Positions 38,901 to 48,635 of a DNA stretch of 64,000 nt are shown here, in pieces. The notes beneath the pieces are model-generated. The model ran no database searches. It was not told where the DNA came from and saw only the letters and a list, made by a program, of their open reading frames with translations. The position numbers were made by a program, and so were the translations under genes. The stretch comes from a virus (taxonomy: Duplodnaviria; Caudoviricetes), in IMG/VR virus record IMGVR_UViG_3300031746_000004, positions 1 through 64,000 of that record. The stretch is one strand, 5' to 3'. Numbering within the stretch: position 1 is the stretch's first letter; every line of letters begins with the position of its first letter.

Positions 38901-40113
38901 ATACAAATTTAATTGTCGTAGTGGAGTTTTTGATTTAGTACCATCTACGATTATTGTATTCAAGGCATCAGTAGCAAATTATGCTGCACTTCCTGCTGTG
39001 GGTAATACCATCGGAGATGCAAGAATTACTGAAGACACAGACCATTGGTATTCATGGGATGGTTCTGTTTGGAATGACCAGGGGGTTTTTATAGCATCAA
39101 ATTGGGAAAATATAAATGGTCGTCCATCTTCTCCAGTTGCGGATATTGATGATGCTGTTACAAAAAGACATACACAAAATACAGATACTTATTTAGATAA
39201 TATAGTTAAAAATGTTTTATATGTTGATGGGAATAGAACAGATGTTTATACTGCGAATGGTTCGATAACAAAACCATTTAAGAAAATACAAGATGCTATA
39301 GATGCTGTAACTGCTCCTTCTGCAATTAATAAATATCTTATTGAAATTGCACCAGGTGCTTATTATTCTGATGCATTAGCAATAAATAAAGTTTATATTA
39401 CTTTTAGAAGTTGTGGAATTCAAGGAGCAAGAATTTCTGGTGCTATAACAGTAACAAATCCTTCTGACCCTACTCCAGAACAAATTACATTTGTTGGTCT
39501 TAGAATAAGTGGCGGACTTACTTGTTTAGCATCTCATATTTGTATAAATGCAGTAGATTGTAATATAACTGGTTCTGATTGGGTAATGAATCCAACAGTT
39601 CCTACTGACGACGAATACTTACAGGTATTTGGTGGTCTTTATAATGTAACTACTACCCTTACAAATGTATATACTTATTTAATGGGGGGCGGTTATTATT
39701 GTACTTTTGTTGCTACAAATAAAGAATTTAATATAAATAATGCAGATATAAATGACCCATTCCAAGTTACTTTGAATGGAACAGTTATAGCTTCTGCTTA
39801 TGGAGATAGAACAGGTAATTCAAAATTTATTGTAAATGCTGGGGCAACTTTAAATATCGATGCAGACACCGAAGGTGGTTCAGTTTTAACTTTAGACCCA
39901 GCAGCAATATTAAATAGAACTACAATAGCAGCAAATATAAAAAATATTCCAGCAGGTACAATTTCTTCAACTAACGTTCAAGATGCTATTAACGAATTAG
40001 ATGGCGAAGTATTAAATGCAATTAAATCTACTGCTGGTGGAGATTGGAAAAAAGTTACAGCAATAGAATACAATCCAGCAACTGGAAATTTAAGAGTTAG
40101 TTACGAAGAATAA
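38887..40113 (+). CDS. Virion fibre/spike protein (beta-helix-like)
   Basis: LYVDG..ANGSITKPFKKIQDAID pectin-lyase-like start; NVQDAINEL; shared C-terminal module. Confidence 0.75.
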   Translation: MSQYKYKFNCRSGVFDLVPSTIIVFKASVANYAALPAVGNTIGDARITEDTDHWYSWDGSVWNDQGVFIASNWENINGRPSSPVADIDDAVTKRHTQNTDTYLDNIVKNVLYVDGNRTDVYTANGSITKPFKKIQDAIDAVTAPSAINKYLIEIAPGAYYSDALAINKVYITFRSCGIQGARISGAITVTNPSDPTPEQITFVGLRISGGLTCLASHICINAVDCNITGSDWVMNPTVPTDDEYLQVFGGLYNVTTTLTNVYTYLMGGGYYCTFVATNKEFNINNADINDPFQVTLNGTVIASAYGDRTGNSKFIVNAGATLNIDADTEGGSVLTLDPAAILNRTTIAANIKNIPAGTISSTNVQDAINELDGEVLNAIKSTAGGDWKKVTAIEYNPATGNLRVSYEE

Positions 40114-40155
40114 GATAAAAGATAATATACTATTTTTTAAAGAGGAGAAATAAAA

Positions 40156-41544
40156 ATGGCAATCAAACAAGAAATTCTTACTAAACAATATATTATTGTA
40201 GATGGAGTTGCCTACGCTAGAACTTCTACAGGAATTAACGCTGCAATAGACGCTTTAGGAAGTTCAGGCGGAGAAGTTTTTTTAACAAAAGGAGATTATG
40301 ATATTACTTCTTCTATATTAATCGATTATAATAATACTACTATAGAAGGAGTTGGTGATGGAACTAGATTATTAGCTACAAATAGAGCAACTTTTGATGA
40401 TGCTACAGGTACTCTTTCTGAAGGAAATACAATAACAGGAGGAGTTAATTCATATACTGCTATAGTAGCTAAAATAACTTATAATACGGCAACAACAGGA
40501 ATTATTTGGTATAGAAGTTTATCAAATATATTAGATTTTGAAGACAATGAAGTTCTTAGTAGTGGGGCTAATAATATTACTTTAAATATAACACCTACAA
40601 AACCAAATTTTTCTTGTTTAAATTTTAATGGTAAAAATAATTGTAAAATTTTAGATTTAAGAATTATAGGCAGTAGATTTAATACAGCATCAGTGAGTGC
40701 TATTGGTGGAGCTTTCTGCGAATATGATGTAATAGATAATATTACTATAGAATATTTATATAATGAGAATTCAGCAGCTGGTGTATTAGGTTTCGCTTGG
40801 GCTAATTATTGTACTATAAAAAATTGTAGAATTAAAAATTGCGAAAGTGTTGCAATAGCAGGTGGGGCAGGTGTAGAGAATAGACTTATAATTATTAATA
40901 ATATTATTACAGGGGGATGTAATAACTATGCTATAGGTGGCTCTTTGGAACATTCTATTGTGAAAGGTAATACTATTAGAAATACTACAGGAGTAGGCAT
41001 TCAAATAACTTCTCATGAACATAATACAATATCTAATAATAGTATAGAAACTTGCGGAAATATAGGAATTTCTATATGGTCTAATTACAATACAATCGTA
41101 GGTAATACTATTAGCGATACAGCTTCAGGATATGCTGATATAAAAATAATTAATGATTATAACATAATTATAGGCAATAATTGTTATGGAGATGGTACAT
41201 CGGATATAGGTATATGGCTTGACGAAGCTGATTATTGTATTGTAGAAGGTAATTATACTGAAAATCACGATATAGCAGGTATACAAATAGATTCAGATTG
41301 TGATAACGATTCTATAGCAGGTAATATTTGTAAAGATTCTACACCTTATATAAATAATGGAACGAATGGAAAATTTTTTATTCAAGATTCTCTATCCGAT
41401 GGTACTAATAATGTAAAAATTTCAGAAATAAAATCTATAATCGACGGAGGAATTACTTCTACGGCAGGCGGAGATGAGAAAAAAATAACATCTATGACTT
41501 ATAATCCATCTACAGGAAAAATTTCGGTTAATTATCAAGAATAA
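40156..41544 (+). CDS. Right-handed beta-helix tailspike-like protein
   Basis: INAAIDAL..GGEVFL..G.Y; repeated IxGN motifs; shared C-terminal module. Confidence 0.85.
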   Translation: MAIKQEILTKQYIIVDGVAYARTSTGINAAIDALGSSGGEVFLTKGDYDITSSILIDYNNTTIEGVGDGTRLLATNRATFDDATGTLSEGNTITGGVNSYTAIVAKITYNTATTGIIWYRSLSNILDFEDNEVLSSGANNITLNITPTKPNFSCLNFNGKNNCKILDLRIIGSRFNTASVSAIGGAFCEYDVIDNITIEYLYNENSAAGVLGFAWANYCTIKNCRIKNCESVAIAGGAGVENRLIIINNIITGGCNNYAIGGSLEHSIVKGNTIRNTTGVGIQITSHEHNTISNNSIETCGNIGISIWSNYNTIVGNTISDTASGYADIKIINDYNIIIGNNCYGDGTSDIGIWLDEADYCIVEGNYTENHDIAGIQIDSDCDNDSIAGNICKDSTPYINNGTNGKFFIQDSLSDGTNNVKISEIKSIIDGGITSTAGGDEKKITSMTYNPSTGKISVNYQE

Positions 41545-41604
41545 TTTTTAAAGATAAAAAGATAAAAGATATTATATAATATCTAAAAATGGAGGAAAAC
41601 AAAT

Positions 41605-42072
41605 ATGGCTATTCAAACAATTACATTTAATCCTCTTGATGGTTCTACAGCTATTGTAAATGCTTCTACTGCTGATTCTAAAGCAGTTGTAGGTATCGGA
41701 GATGCTTCTACTGCGGATAGTAAAGCAGTTGTCGCTTTAGCGGACGCTAGTACTGGTATCGTTAATGCAAGTACAGCAGATTCTAAAGCGGTTGTCGCTT
41801 TAGCTGACGCTTCTACTGCTGAAGTCGATGCACAGACTGGTATTACTAACGCTTCTACAGCAGACTCTAAAGCAGTCGTTGCTTTAGCGGATGCATCTAC
41901 AGCTGTTGTAAATGCTAGTACTGCAGATAGTAAAGCAACAATAGCAAAAGCTGAAGCTGATTCTGCTATCGGTTCTGAACCTTCTGCTGGTCAATATATT
42001 GTGACCGATATAAAAAGAGACGCAACTGGTTCTATTGTAATAGATTACAATGATTCTGCTATCGGAAGCTAA
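41605..42072 (+). CDS. Heptad-repeat (ASTADSKAVVALAD) fibre/decoration protein
   Basis: About 100 aa of 7-aa periodic repeats; strong RBS; followed by a hairpin. Confidence 0.8.
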   Translation: MAIQTITFNPLDGSTAIVNASTADSKAVVGIGDASTADSKAVVALADASTGIVNASTADSKAVVALADASTAEVDAQTGITNASTADSKAVVALADASTAVVNASTADSKATIAKAEADSAIGSEPSAGQYIVTDIKRDATGSIVIDYNDSAIGS

Positions 42073-42086
42073 TCTTATTGATAAAA

Positions 42087-42117
42087 GAGGGGAGTCGAAA
42101 GACTCCTCTCCCAAAAT
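42087..42117 (+). terminator. GC-rich hairpin with GAAA loop, no U-tract
   Basis: GAGGGGAGTC-GAAA-GACTCCTCTC then CCAAAAT. Confidence 0.6.
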
Positions 42118-42120
42118 AAA

Positions 42121-42690
42121 ATGAATGAATTAAAAAACTTATATATGGTATGTGCACATCCTGATGATGAAGTTATTTTTGGTTGGTTGGTATTAAAACA
42201 AGCATCTAAAATCATAACAGTTGTTGGTAGTTCTAAATATGATACCTATCATCCGAAATGGAGAGATATGGTTTTAGAAGAAATGGGAAAATTTTTAGGC
42301 ATCGAAGTTATTAATTTACATTATGAAGATTGTATTTGTAGACTTCCAGAGAATGAAATAGAAATATTGTTTGAAAAATTAAAAGAAGTAACTAAAGATT
42401 CTGAAATTATTTTCACACATAATGAACATGGCGATTATGGGCATCCAGACCATAAACTTTTATTTCAATTAGTAATGAGATTAAATAAAAGAGTAATGGT
42501 AAGTAATATTACTAATTTTACAAAAGATGCAATTAATCATGCATCCGTAAAAGTTACAGGTAAAGAAATTAAAAAATGTATAAATGATTTAGATTTCTAC
42601 GAAAAATGTCATAAAATTTACGATAAAAATGCTAGTTGGACTTGGGGGAATCCTCCAATAAAAGAAGCAATATTAATAGAAAAAATCTGA
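42121..42690 (+). CDS. PIG-L/LmbE family deacetylase
   Basis: AHPDDE and THNEHGDYGHPDH motifs. Confidence 0.88.
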   Translation: MNELKNLYMVCAHPDDEVIFGWLVLKQASKIITVVGSSKYDTYHPKWRDMVLEEMGKFLGIEVINLHYEDCICRLPENEIEILFEKLKEVTKDSEIIFTHNEHGDYGHPDHKLLFQLVMRLNKRVMVSNITNFTKDAINHASVKVTGKEIKKCINDLDFYEKCHKIYDKNASWTWGNPPIKEAILIEKI

Positions 42691-42703
42691 AAGTAGGGAG
42701 AAA

Positions 42704-43732
42704 ATGAAAGTTGTACATTTTTCAAACTGGGCAGTAAATAGGTCAGGATTATTTATGTGTACTGCCGACCAAATAAAATATGAACGTAGATTGGGAATAG
42801 ATAGTCAAATGGCTATCTACGAAACTGAATTTCCAAAAGAAGAATGGCTCTTTGATAACTGGCTTAAACCAATCAGTTGGGAAGAAACAAAAAATGCAGA
42901 CCTCTACGTAATTCACAGAGGATTACCAAAAAAATTAGAAGACTTGAAAAAACCAGATATAATGGTAATTCATGGCACAGCAGAGTTTCTTATTTTAGAA
43001 GAAGTTTTTTCTAATGCTGAAAAAACTCCGTTCAATACGCATATAAATTTGGTTCGAGACTGTGATGCAAGTGTTGCTGTAAACGAACACGATAGACAAA
43101 TATACTCATTATATGACCCAGGAGATAAATTAGTTTTGATTAATGATTCTATCGATACAGAAAAATATACTATAGAAGGTAATAAATATCCCTTTACACA
43201 TACTCAAATATTATGGGCGGATTCTCTTCGACCAAATAAAAATCCTTCTGCTGCAATTTTCGCAATGGCAGAAGTAGCAAAAAAACGACCTGACGTTAAA
43301 TTAAGTGTTATCGGACTTTCACTAGATTCTATTTTAACTTGGAGAAATCTTATTTTACGAAGTCCAAATAATCATCTTGCTGCTAATATTGAAAATGTGC
43401 AATTACTTACAAATGATAGTCCGAGTTATTTTAGAGGAGCATCGATTTTAATTAATGGAAATATGAGTGGGATTCCTAGTAGAGTTTCTCTTGAGGCTAT
43501 GAGTTGTGGTTGTCAAGTAGTAGGTTATTCCGATTCTTTTACAAAATGGAAATGTTCTTTTGATATTTATGATATGGCAAAAATTATTTTAGAATGTTTA
43601 GAATATATTGAAAAAGACCCTGCAAAGGCAAGATTAGAGGCTCGACAATATATTTTAGATAATCATTCTATAGAAAAAAATATTGAAAAATACATAGCAT
43701 TATATAAAAAAATATTGAAAATAGATAAATAA
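42704..43732 (+). CDS. GT-B glycosyltransferase (GT4-like)
   Basis: HG, NDSID, R.NK, SLEAMSCGCQVV, AR....H...Y..LY C-terminus. Confidence 0.88.
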   Translation: MKVVHFSNWAVNRSGLFMCTADQIKYERRLGIDSQMAIYETEFPKEEWLFDNWLKPISWEETKNADLYVIHRGLPKKLEDLKKPDIMVIHGTAEFLILEEVFSNAEKTPFNTHINLVRDCDASVAVNEHDRQIYSLYDPGDKLVLINDSIDTEKYTIEGNKYPFTHTQILWADSLRPNKNPSAAIFAMAEVAKKRPDVKLSVIGLSLDSILTWRNLILRSPNNHLAANIENVQLLTNDSPSYFRGASILINGNMSGIPSRVSLEAMSCGCQVVGYSDSFTKWKCSFDIYDMAKIILECLEYIEKDPAKARLEARQYILDNHSIEKNIEKYIALYKKILKIDK

Positions 43733-43734
43733 AA

Positions 43735-44277
43735 ATGAATAAATGTATCGATTGTAAAAAAGTATTAAAAGATTCGAGAAATAAAAGATGTCAAAAATGT
43801 TATTTAAAAATTATGAAAGGTAAAAATCATCCGAATTATAAACATGGAGAAGCATGTCAAAATAAGAAACATTTTTGTAAAGATTGTGGAAAAAAAGTAT
43901 GTGATTATATTGTAATAAGATGTCGTTCTTGTTCCAAAAAAGGAAAATTAAACAATCTTTTTGGTAAACATCATACATTAAAAAGTCGTAAAAAAGCTAG
44001 TTTATCTAAAGGCGGTACAGGAATTCCTTATGAATTTAATAAATATCCTGAAAAATTCTTTAAAATTAGATACTGGATTTTAAAAAGAGATAATCATACT
44101 TGCCAAAAATGTAATAAGTATGGTAATGAAATTCATCATATAGATTACGATAAAGAAAATAATAAAGAAGATAATTTATTGGTTTTATGCCATAAATGTA
44201 ATATTAGGGCAAATTACAATCGTTCTTATTGGATAAATTTTTATCAGAATAAATTAAGAATTTCTTCGGAGAAATAA
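43735..44277 (+). CDS. HNH homing endonuclease
   Basis: FGKHH (NUMOD3-like), RDNHTCQKC, IHHIDY, NLLVLCHKCN. Confidence 0.9.
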   Translation: MNKCIDCKKVLKDSRNKRCQKCYLKIMKGKNHPNYKHGEACQNKKHFCKDCGKKVCDYIVIRCRSCSKKGKLNNLFGKHHTLKSRKKASLSKGGTGIPYEFNKYPEKFFKIRYWILKRDNHTCQKCNKYGNEIHHIDYDKENNKEDNLLVLCHKCNIRANYNRSYWINFYQNKLRISSEK

Positions 44278-44280
44278 ATA

Positions 44281-46008
44281 ATGGCTATACAAGAACAAAC
44301 ATTATATCAATTAAGTACTAATACTTGGAAAAAAATTTATGAAACTACTTTAACAGATGCAGCAACAAGTGTAACTATATCTTCTTTAGATGGAAATACT
44401 GATGAAGAATATATTTTAATTTGTCGTTTTATTGACGACGATACCACAGGTGGTTATTATCTTCGTTTTAATAACGATAGCGGAAATAATTATGGATATC
44501 AATATATAAAAGGTTCATCTTCTACTGCTTCTGCTTTAAGAGATACTTCAGAAGCTCAAATAGATTTAGGTTATACTAATACAGATGGTAATATTTGTTT
44601 TTCTAAACATTTAATTCATGCTAAAAGTGGTTATGTAAGAACAGTAATAAGTGAATCAGCAGAAGATATAGCAACAACTACTGTAACAAATATAAAATCA
44701 ATAGGTCAAGTATGGAATAATACAGCCGATAATATAACATCAATAGTTATTGGTGCTTTAAATGATAAATTAAATATAGGTAGTAGAATTATTTTATTAA
44801 AAAAAGCAAGTATAACTGGTTCTGGTTCTGGAATAAAAAATATTATAGCAGGAACTAAAAAAGGAAGTTGGGAAAGAATTTATTCTACTACTTTAACAGA
44901 CGCAGATGCTTATACCAAACTCTTACTTCATTGCGATGAATCTACTCTCTATGACGTAACTGGTAAAACAGTTACTTTAGTAGGTACAGCAGCAATGAGT
45001 ACAGCTCAAAAGAAATTTGGTATAGGTAGTTGTTTATTAGATGGTGATAGTGATTGTTTAACTTTAGCAGATTCAGACGATTGGTATTTCGGAACAGATA
45101 ATTTTACTATAGATTTTTGGGTTAGATTTATAAGTGTAGCAGGAGACCAAGTCCCTATTGCTCAATGGTGGGATTTTGCTGGTGATTTGAGTTTTAGAGT
45201 CATATTTGAATCGGGGGCATTACATTTTTATTATTCGACAGACGGTACGATAATAAAAGATGTTAGCTTTGGAGCTTTTTCTGTCGCAATAAATACGTGG
45301 TATCATATAGCTATAGTAAGAGATACAGTTAACCTTAAAGTATATGTTAATGGAGTACAAATAGGTTCGACTTATAATATAAGTACTGACCCTTTATATA
45401 ACTCATCCAGAGTTTTATCAATTGGGGCTAGATATGGTTCTTCTGTAGTACAGTTTTTAAACGGTTACTTAGACGAAATAAGAATTAGCAAAGGTATAGC
45501 ACGATGGACTGCTAACTTTACTCCTCCAACAGAACCCTATACAAGTAAATTAACTTCTCTTTCAATAAATAATTTAGATGGTAATACAGATATTTTATAT
45601 AGATTAAGATGTAGATTAATAAATGGTTATAATGGTGCAGCAAGTTATTATTTAAGACCTAATAACGACTCAGATTCAGATTATGGTTATCAAGAGGTTG
45701 ATGGAACTGATTCTACTGCATCAGCAGTAAGAGATACATCAGAAGCACAAATGCACTTAGGTTATGCTGCTGCTCAAAATAATTTATCTATATCAGAGAC
45801 TATTTTTTATGTAAAATCTGGTTATTTAAGAACAGCACTAACCCAATTAATAAAAACAATAACAGGAACTACCTGTACTTCTACGAATTTAAAAGGTCAA
45901 GTTTATCAAGATACAGCAACAAATATAACTTCATTAGTTATTCTTGCAGACCAAGCAAATGGTTTGGGAGTAGGAGTTGTTATAGAATTAGAAAGATTAA
46001 ATTTATAA
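44281..46008 (+). CDS. Virion protein: duplicated domain with inserted LamG/ConA-like lectin domain
   Basis: TKLLLHCD...FTIDFW...WYHIAIVR...GYLDEIRISKGIAR; flanking repeat domains. Confidence 0.85.
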   Translation: MAIQEQTLYQLSTNTWKKIYETTLTDAATSVTISSLDGNTDEEYILICRFIDDDTTGGYYLRFNNDSGNNYGYQYIKGSSSTASALRDTSEAQIDLGYTNTDGNICFSKHLIHAKSGYVRTVISESAEDIATTTVTNIKSIGQVWNNTADNITSIVIGALNDKLNIGSRIILLKKASITGSGSGIKNIIAGTKKGSWERIYSTTLTDADAYTKLLLHCDESTLYDVTGKTVTLVGTAAMSTAQKKFGIGSCLLDGDSDCLTLADSDDWYFGTDNFTIDFWVRFISVAGDQVPIAQWWDFAGDLSFRVIFESGALHFYYSTDGTIIKDVSFGAFSVAINTWYHIAIVRDTVNLKVYVNGVQIGSTYNISTDPLYNSSRVLSIGARYGSSVVQFLNGYLDEIRISKGIARWTANFTPPTEPYTSKLTSLSINNLDGNTDILYRLRCRLINGYNGAASYYLRPNNDSDSDYGYQEVDGTDSTASAVRDTSEAQMHLGYAAAQNNLSISETIFYVKSGYLRTALTQLIKTITGTTCTSTNLKGQVYQDTATNITSLVILADQANGLGVGVVIELERLNL

Positions 46009-46029
46009 TTTATAAAAAGGAGATAATAG

Positions 46030-46323
46030 ATGAAATCAAATAATTGTAATTGTAATTGTGAATTTGAAGAAATTAAAAATAATGTTGAAGATTCTACTGC
46101 TAAAGGTTATGTTTTAGTTTCTGAATGTAACGATTGTAAAACTAAAAGAGAAGCAAATGCAATCGAATCTGCTAAACAAAATCGTAAACAAGAAATTATA
46201 AATGAACTTAATGAATTAGATAAGAAAGTAATTCGACCTCTTTTAGATGGCGAAATAATAAGAGTTAACGAAATAAAAGCACAAAAAGTAGTATTAAGAG
46301 AAGAATTAAATCTCTTAGGATAG
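46030..46323 (+). CDS. Small hypothetical protein (fibre chaperone-like)
   Basis: ELNELDKKVIRPL...LREEL motif seen after fibre genes. Confidence 0.55.
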   Translation: MKSNNCNCNCEFEEIKNNVEDSTAKGYVLVSECNDCKTKREANAIESAKQNRKQEIINELNELDKKVIRPLLDGEIIRVNEIKAQKVVLREELNLLG

Positions 46324-46338
46324 AAAGGAGTAAATATA

Positions 46339-48000
46339 ATGGCTAATTCGGGATTAGGAGACGGACTTTTTTCAGCTTTTATTAATTGGCTTTACACAAC
46401 TGGTGATATTTCAGTTCCACCTGATTTTCATAGTCGCTGCGAAAAAATTAAAGGAATGATAGATAACGATATTTCGGGGGTTATAAATACAGTTTTAGAT
46501 TATTCTATTTCTTCTGCTTCTAATGCACAATATAAAATAGAATGTAGCGATAATAATTTACAAAAATTATTAAATACTTGGTTACAAAAAATTAATTTAG
46601 AACTAAAGGGAGTCCCCACAGGATTACAAGAACTCTCAAAAGAATATTTTAAAGAAAGATGGCAGGGTTCTTCTTTATGTTTATTAAGAATTAAAGGTTG
46701 GGAAACTTTAACTATAGATAAAAATACAATAGAAGTACCTACTATTATGTGGTATGTTAATGGTTCTTCAGTATATGTAAAAAGAGATGCTGATAGTAAT
46801 TATAAATTAGGTTCAGATATTTATTATTTAGATAAAGAACATAAAGTAAAAGTTCCAGAAGGAAATAAAGAAGAGATAATAATGCAAAAACCATTTGATA
46901 GGTGGTTTGACCAATATGCTACTCCTTATTTAATTCGTAAAGGAGTATATAAAAATTGGTTAACAATGAAAGTTTTACAAGAAAAATCTGACGAAGTTAT
47001 TTCTAAAATTTTACCTTACTTATTTATAATTAAAAAAGGAACAGAAAGATTATTTATAGAAGGCGATATTAGTTACGACGACCCAGATTTAAAAAAAGTA
47101 GTAGATGGATTAAAAGAACAATTAGAATCTTATAAAAATCAAAAAAGTAAAACTCCTACAAATGCTACTACATTTGATACTGAATATGACCATTTAATTC
47201 CCGATTTAAGAAAAATTTTGACAGAAGACCTTTATAAACAGGGTTTTCGTTTAATTTTATCAGGATTGGGATTTGTTGACATGTTAGAAATTGCTTCTTC
47301 AAGACAGGAAAGTAGAATAAATCCTAAACCATTTGTAGCAGAAATAAATAATGGTGTAGAAGGTTTTAAGTCTATGTTACTAGATATAGTTTATAAAATT
47401 ATAGAACGAAATAAAGAAAAACATCCTAAATTATTTAGTAACAATAATAAATTATTAATAGTAAATTCTCCTCTAAAAATAAATGTAGAACAAATTTTAG
47501 ACCAATTAAGAAGTGGTTATATTTATGGAGCAAGTTCTATTACTACTTATCAAGAAGTATTAGGATTAGACCCTGAAACAGAAAAAGAAAGACGACAAAA
47601 AGAATTAGACGAAGGATTAGAAGATTTATTTTATCCGCATTTAATTCAGAATAGAGAAGATATACCTGATAGAATGATTCCTTCGAAACCTAAGACAACT
47701 AAAAAAGAAACAGAAAAACAAAAAGAAAAAGAAACACTTCCAGAACATATGCAAGAAGCAGTTACTCAAGAAGATTTAGAAACAGCTCCTTATAAAAATT
47801 TAGATGAATTACCTAAATATATAAAGAAAATGACAAAACATTGCCAAGAAGTTTTTATGGCAACATTTAATTCTGTTTATAAAGATACAGGAGACGAAGG
47901 TAAAAGTTTTGCTATAGCCAATTCTTCTGCTCGTAGATGTATGAAGAAGCAAGGTTATAATTATGATAAAGAAACTAAAACTTGGAAAAAGAAAGAATAA
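46339..48000 (+). CDS. Putative portal protein with C-terminal ChaB-like domain
   Basis: 553 aa, helical, upstream of protease and capsid; C-terminal PYKNLDELP...CQEVFMATFNS. Confidence 0.75.
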   Translation: MANSGLGDGLFSAFINWLYTTGDISVPPDFHSRCEKIKGMIDNDISGVINTVLDYSISSASNAQYKIECSDNNLQKLLNTWLQKINLELKGVPTGLQELSKEYFKERWQGSSLCLLRIKGWETLTIDKNTIEVPTIMWYVNGSSVYVKRDADSNYKLGSDIYYLDKEHKVKVPEGNKEEIIMQKPFDRWFDQYATPYLIRKGVYKNWLTMKVLQEKSDEVISKILPYLFIIKKGTERLFIEGDISYDDPDLKKVVDGLKEQLESYKNQKSKTPTNATTFDTEYDHLIPDLRKILTEDLYKQGFRLILSGLGFVDMLEIASSRQESRINPKPFVAEINNGVEGFKSMLLDIVYKIIERNKEKHPKLFSNNNKLLIVNSPLKINVEQILDQLRSGYIYGASSITTYQEVLGLDPETEKERRQKELDEGLEDLFYPHLIQNREDIPDRMIPSKPKTTKKETEKQKEKETLPEHMQEAVTQEDLETAPYKNLDELPKYIKKMTKHCQEVFMATFNSVYKDTGDEGKSFAIANSSARRCMKKQGYNYDKETKTWKKKE

Positions 48001-48635
48001 TGAAACATAACAAATGTATAGATTGTAACAAAAATTTGCATCCACTATCAAAATATCAAGGTTCTATACGATGCAAGTCTTGTGCAAGAAAATATCAATA
48101 TGCTACAAGACCAGAAACAAATCCATTGTTTGATAAAAAAGGCAAAAATCATTATCAATGGAAGGGTGGCAAAGATTCGAGAAAATGTTATTGTATAGAT
48201 TGTAATAAAGAATTAAACGAAAGTGCACATTATAGAAAAGATAAAAGATGCAAATCTTGTTATTATAAAACATTAAAAGGTGAAGGCAATCCGATGTTTG
48301 GAATTCATCGATTTGGAGAAAAAGCTCCTACATGGATAGATGGTCGTTCTTTTGAACCTTATACAGAAGAATTTAATTCCGAACTTAAAGAATTAATTCG
48401 TGATAGAGACAATCATGAGTGCCAGAATTGTAGTATGACCGAAGAAGAGCATTTGATAGTTAGAGGCAGAGTTTTAGATATTCATCATATCGATTACGAT
48501 AAAAAGAATTGTTCAAAAGAAAATTTGATTACTTTATGTAATTTTTGTAATATACGAGCCAATTTTAATAGAGATTATTGGCAAGAACTATTTATGAATA
48601 AAATGGAGGAATTATGCAAAACGATAAAAAATTAA
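48000..48635 (+). CDS. HNH homing endonuclease
   Basis: Start MKHNK at 48000; RDNHECQNC..IHHIDY..NLITLC. Confidence 0.9.
   Translation: MKHNKCIDCNKNLHPLSKYQGSIRCKSCARKYQYATRPETNPLFDKKGKNHYQWKGGKDSRKCYCIDCNKELNESAHYRKDKRCKSCYYKTLKGEGNPMFGIHRFGEKAPTWIDGRSFEPYTEEFNSELKELIRDRDNHECQNCSMTEEEHLIVRGRVLDIHHIDYDKKNCSKENLITLCNFCNIRANFNRDYWQELFMNKMEELCKTIKN

Noticed and set aside
47982-48635. HNH genes as group I intron ORFs
   Set aside because: They abut or overlap complete flanking genes with no room for intron core structure.
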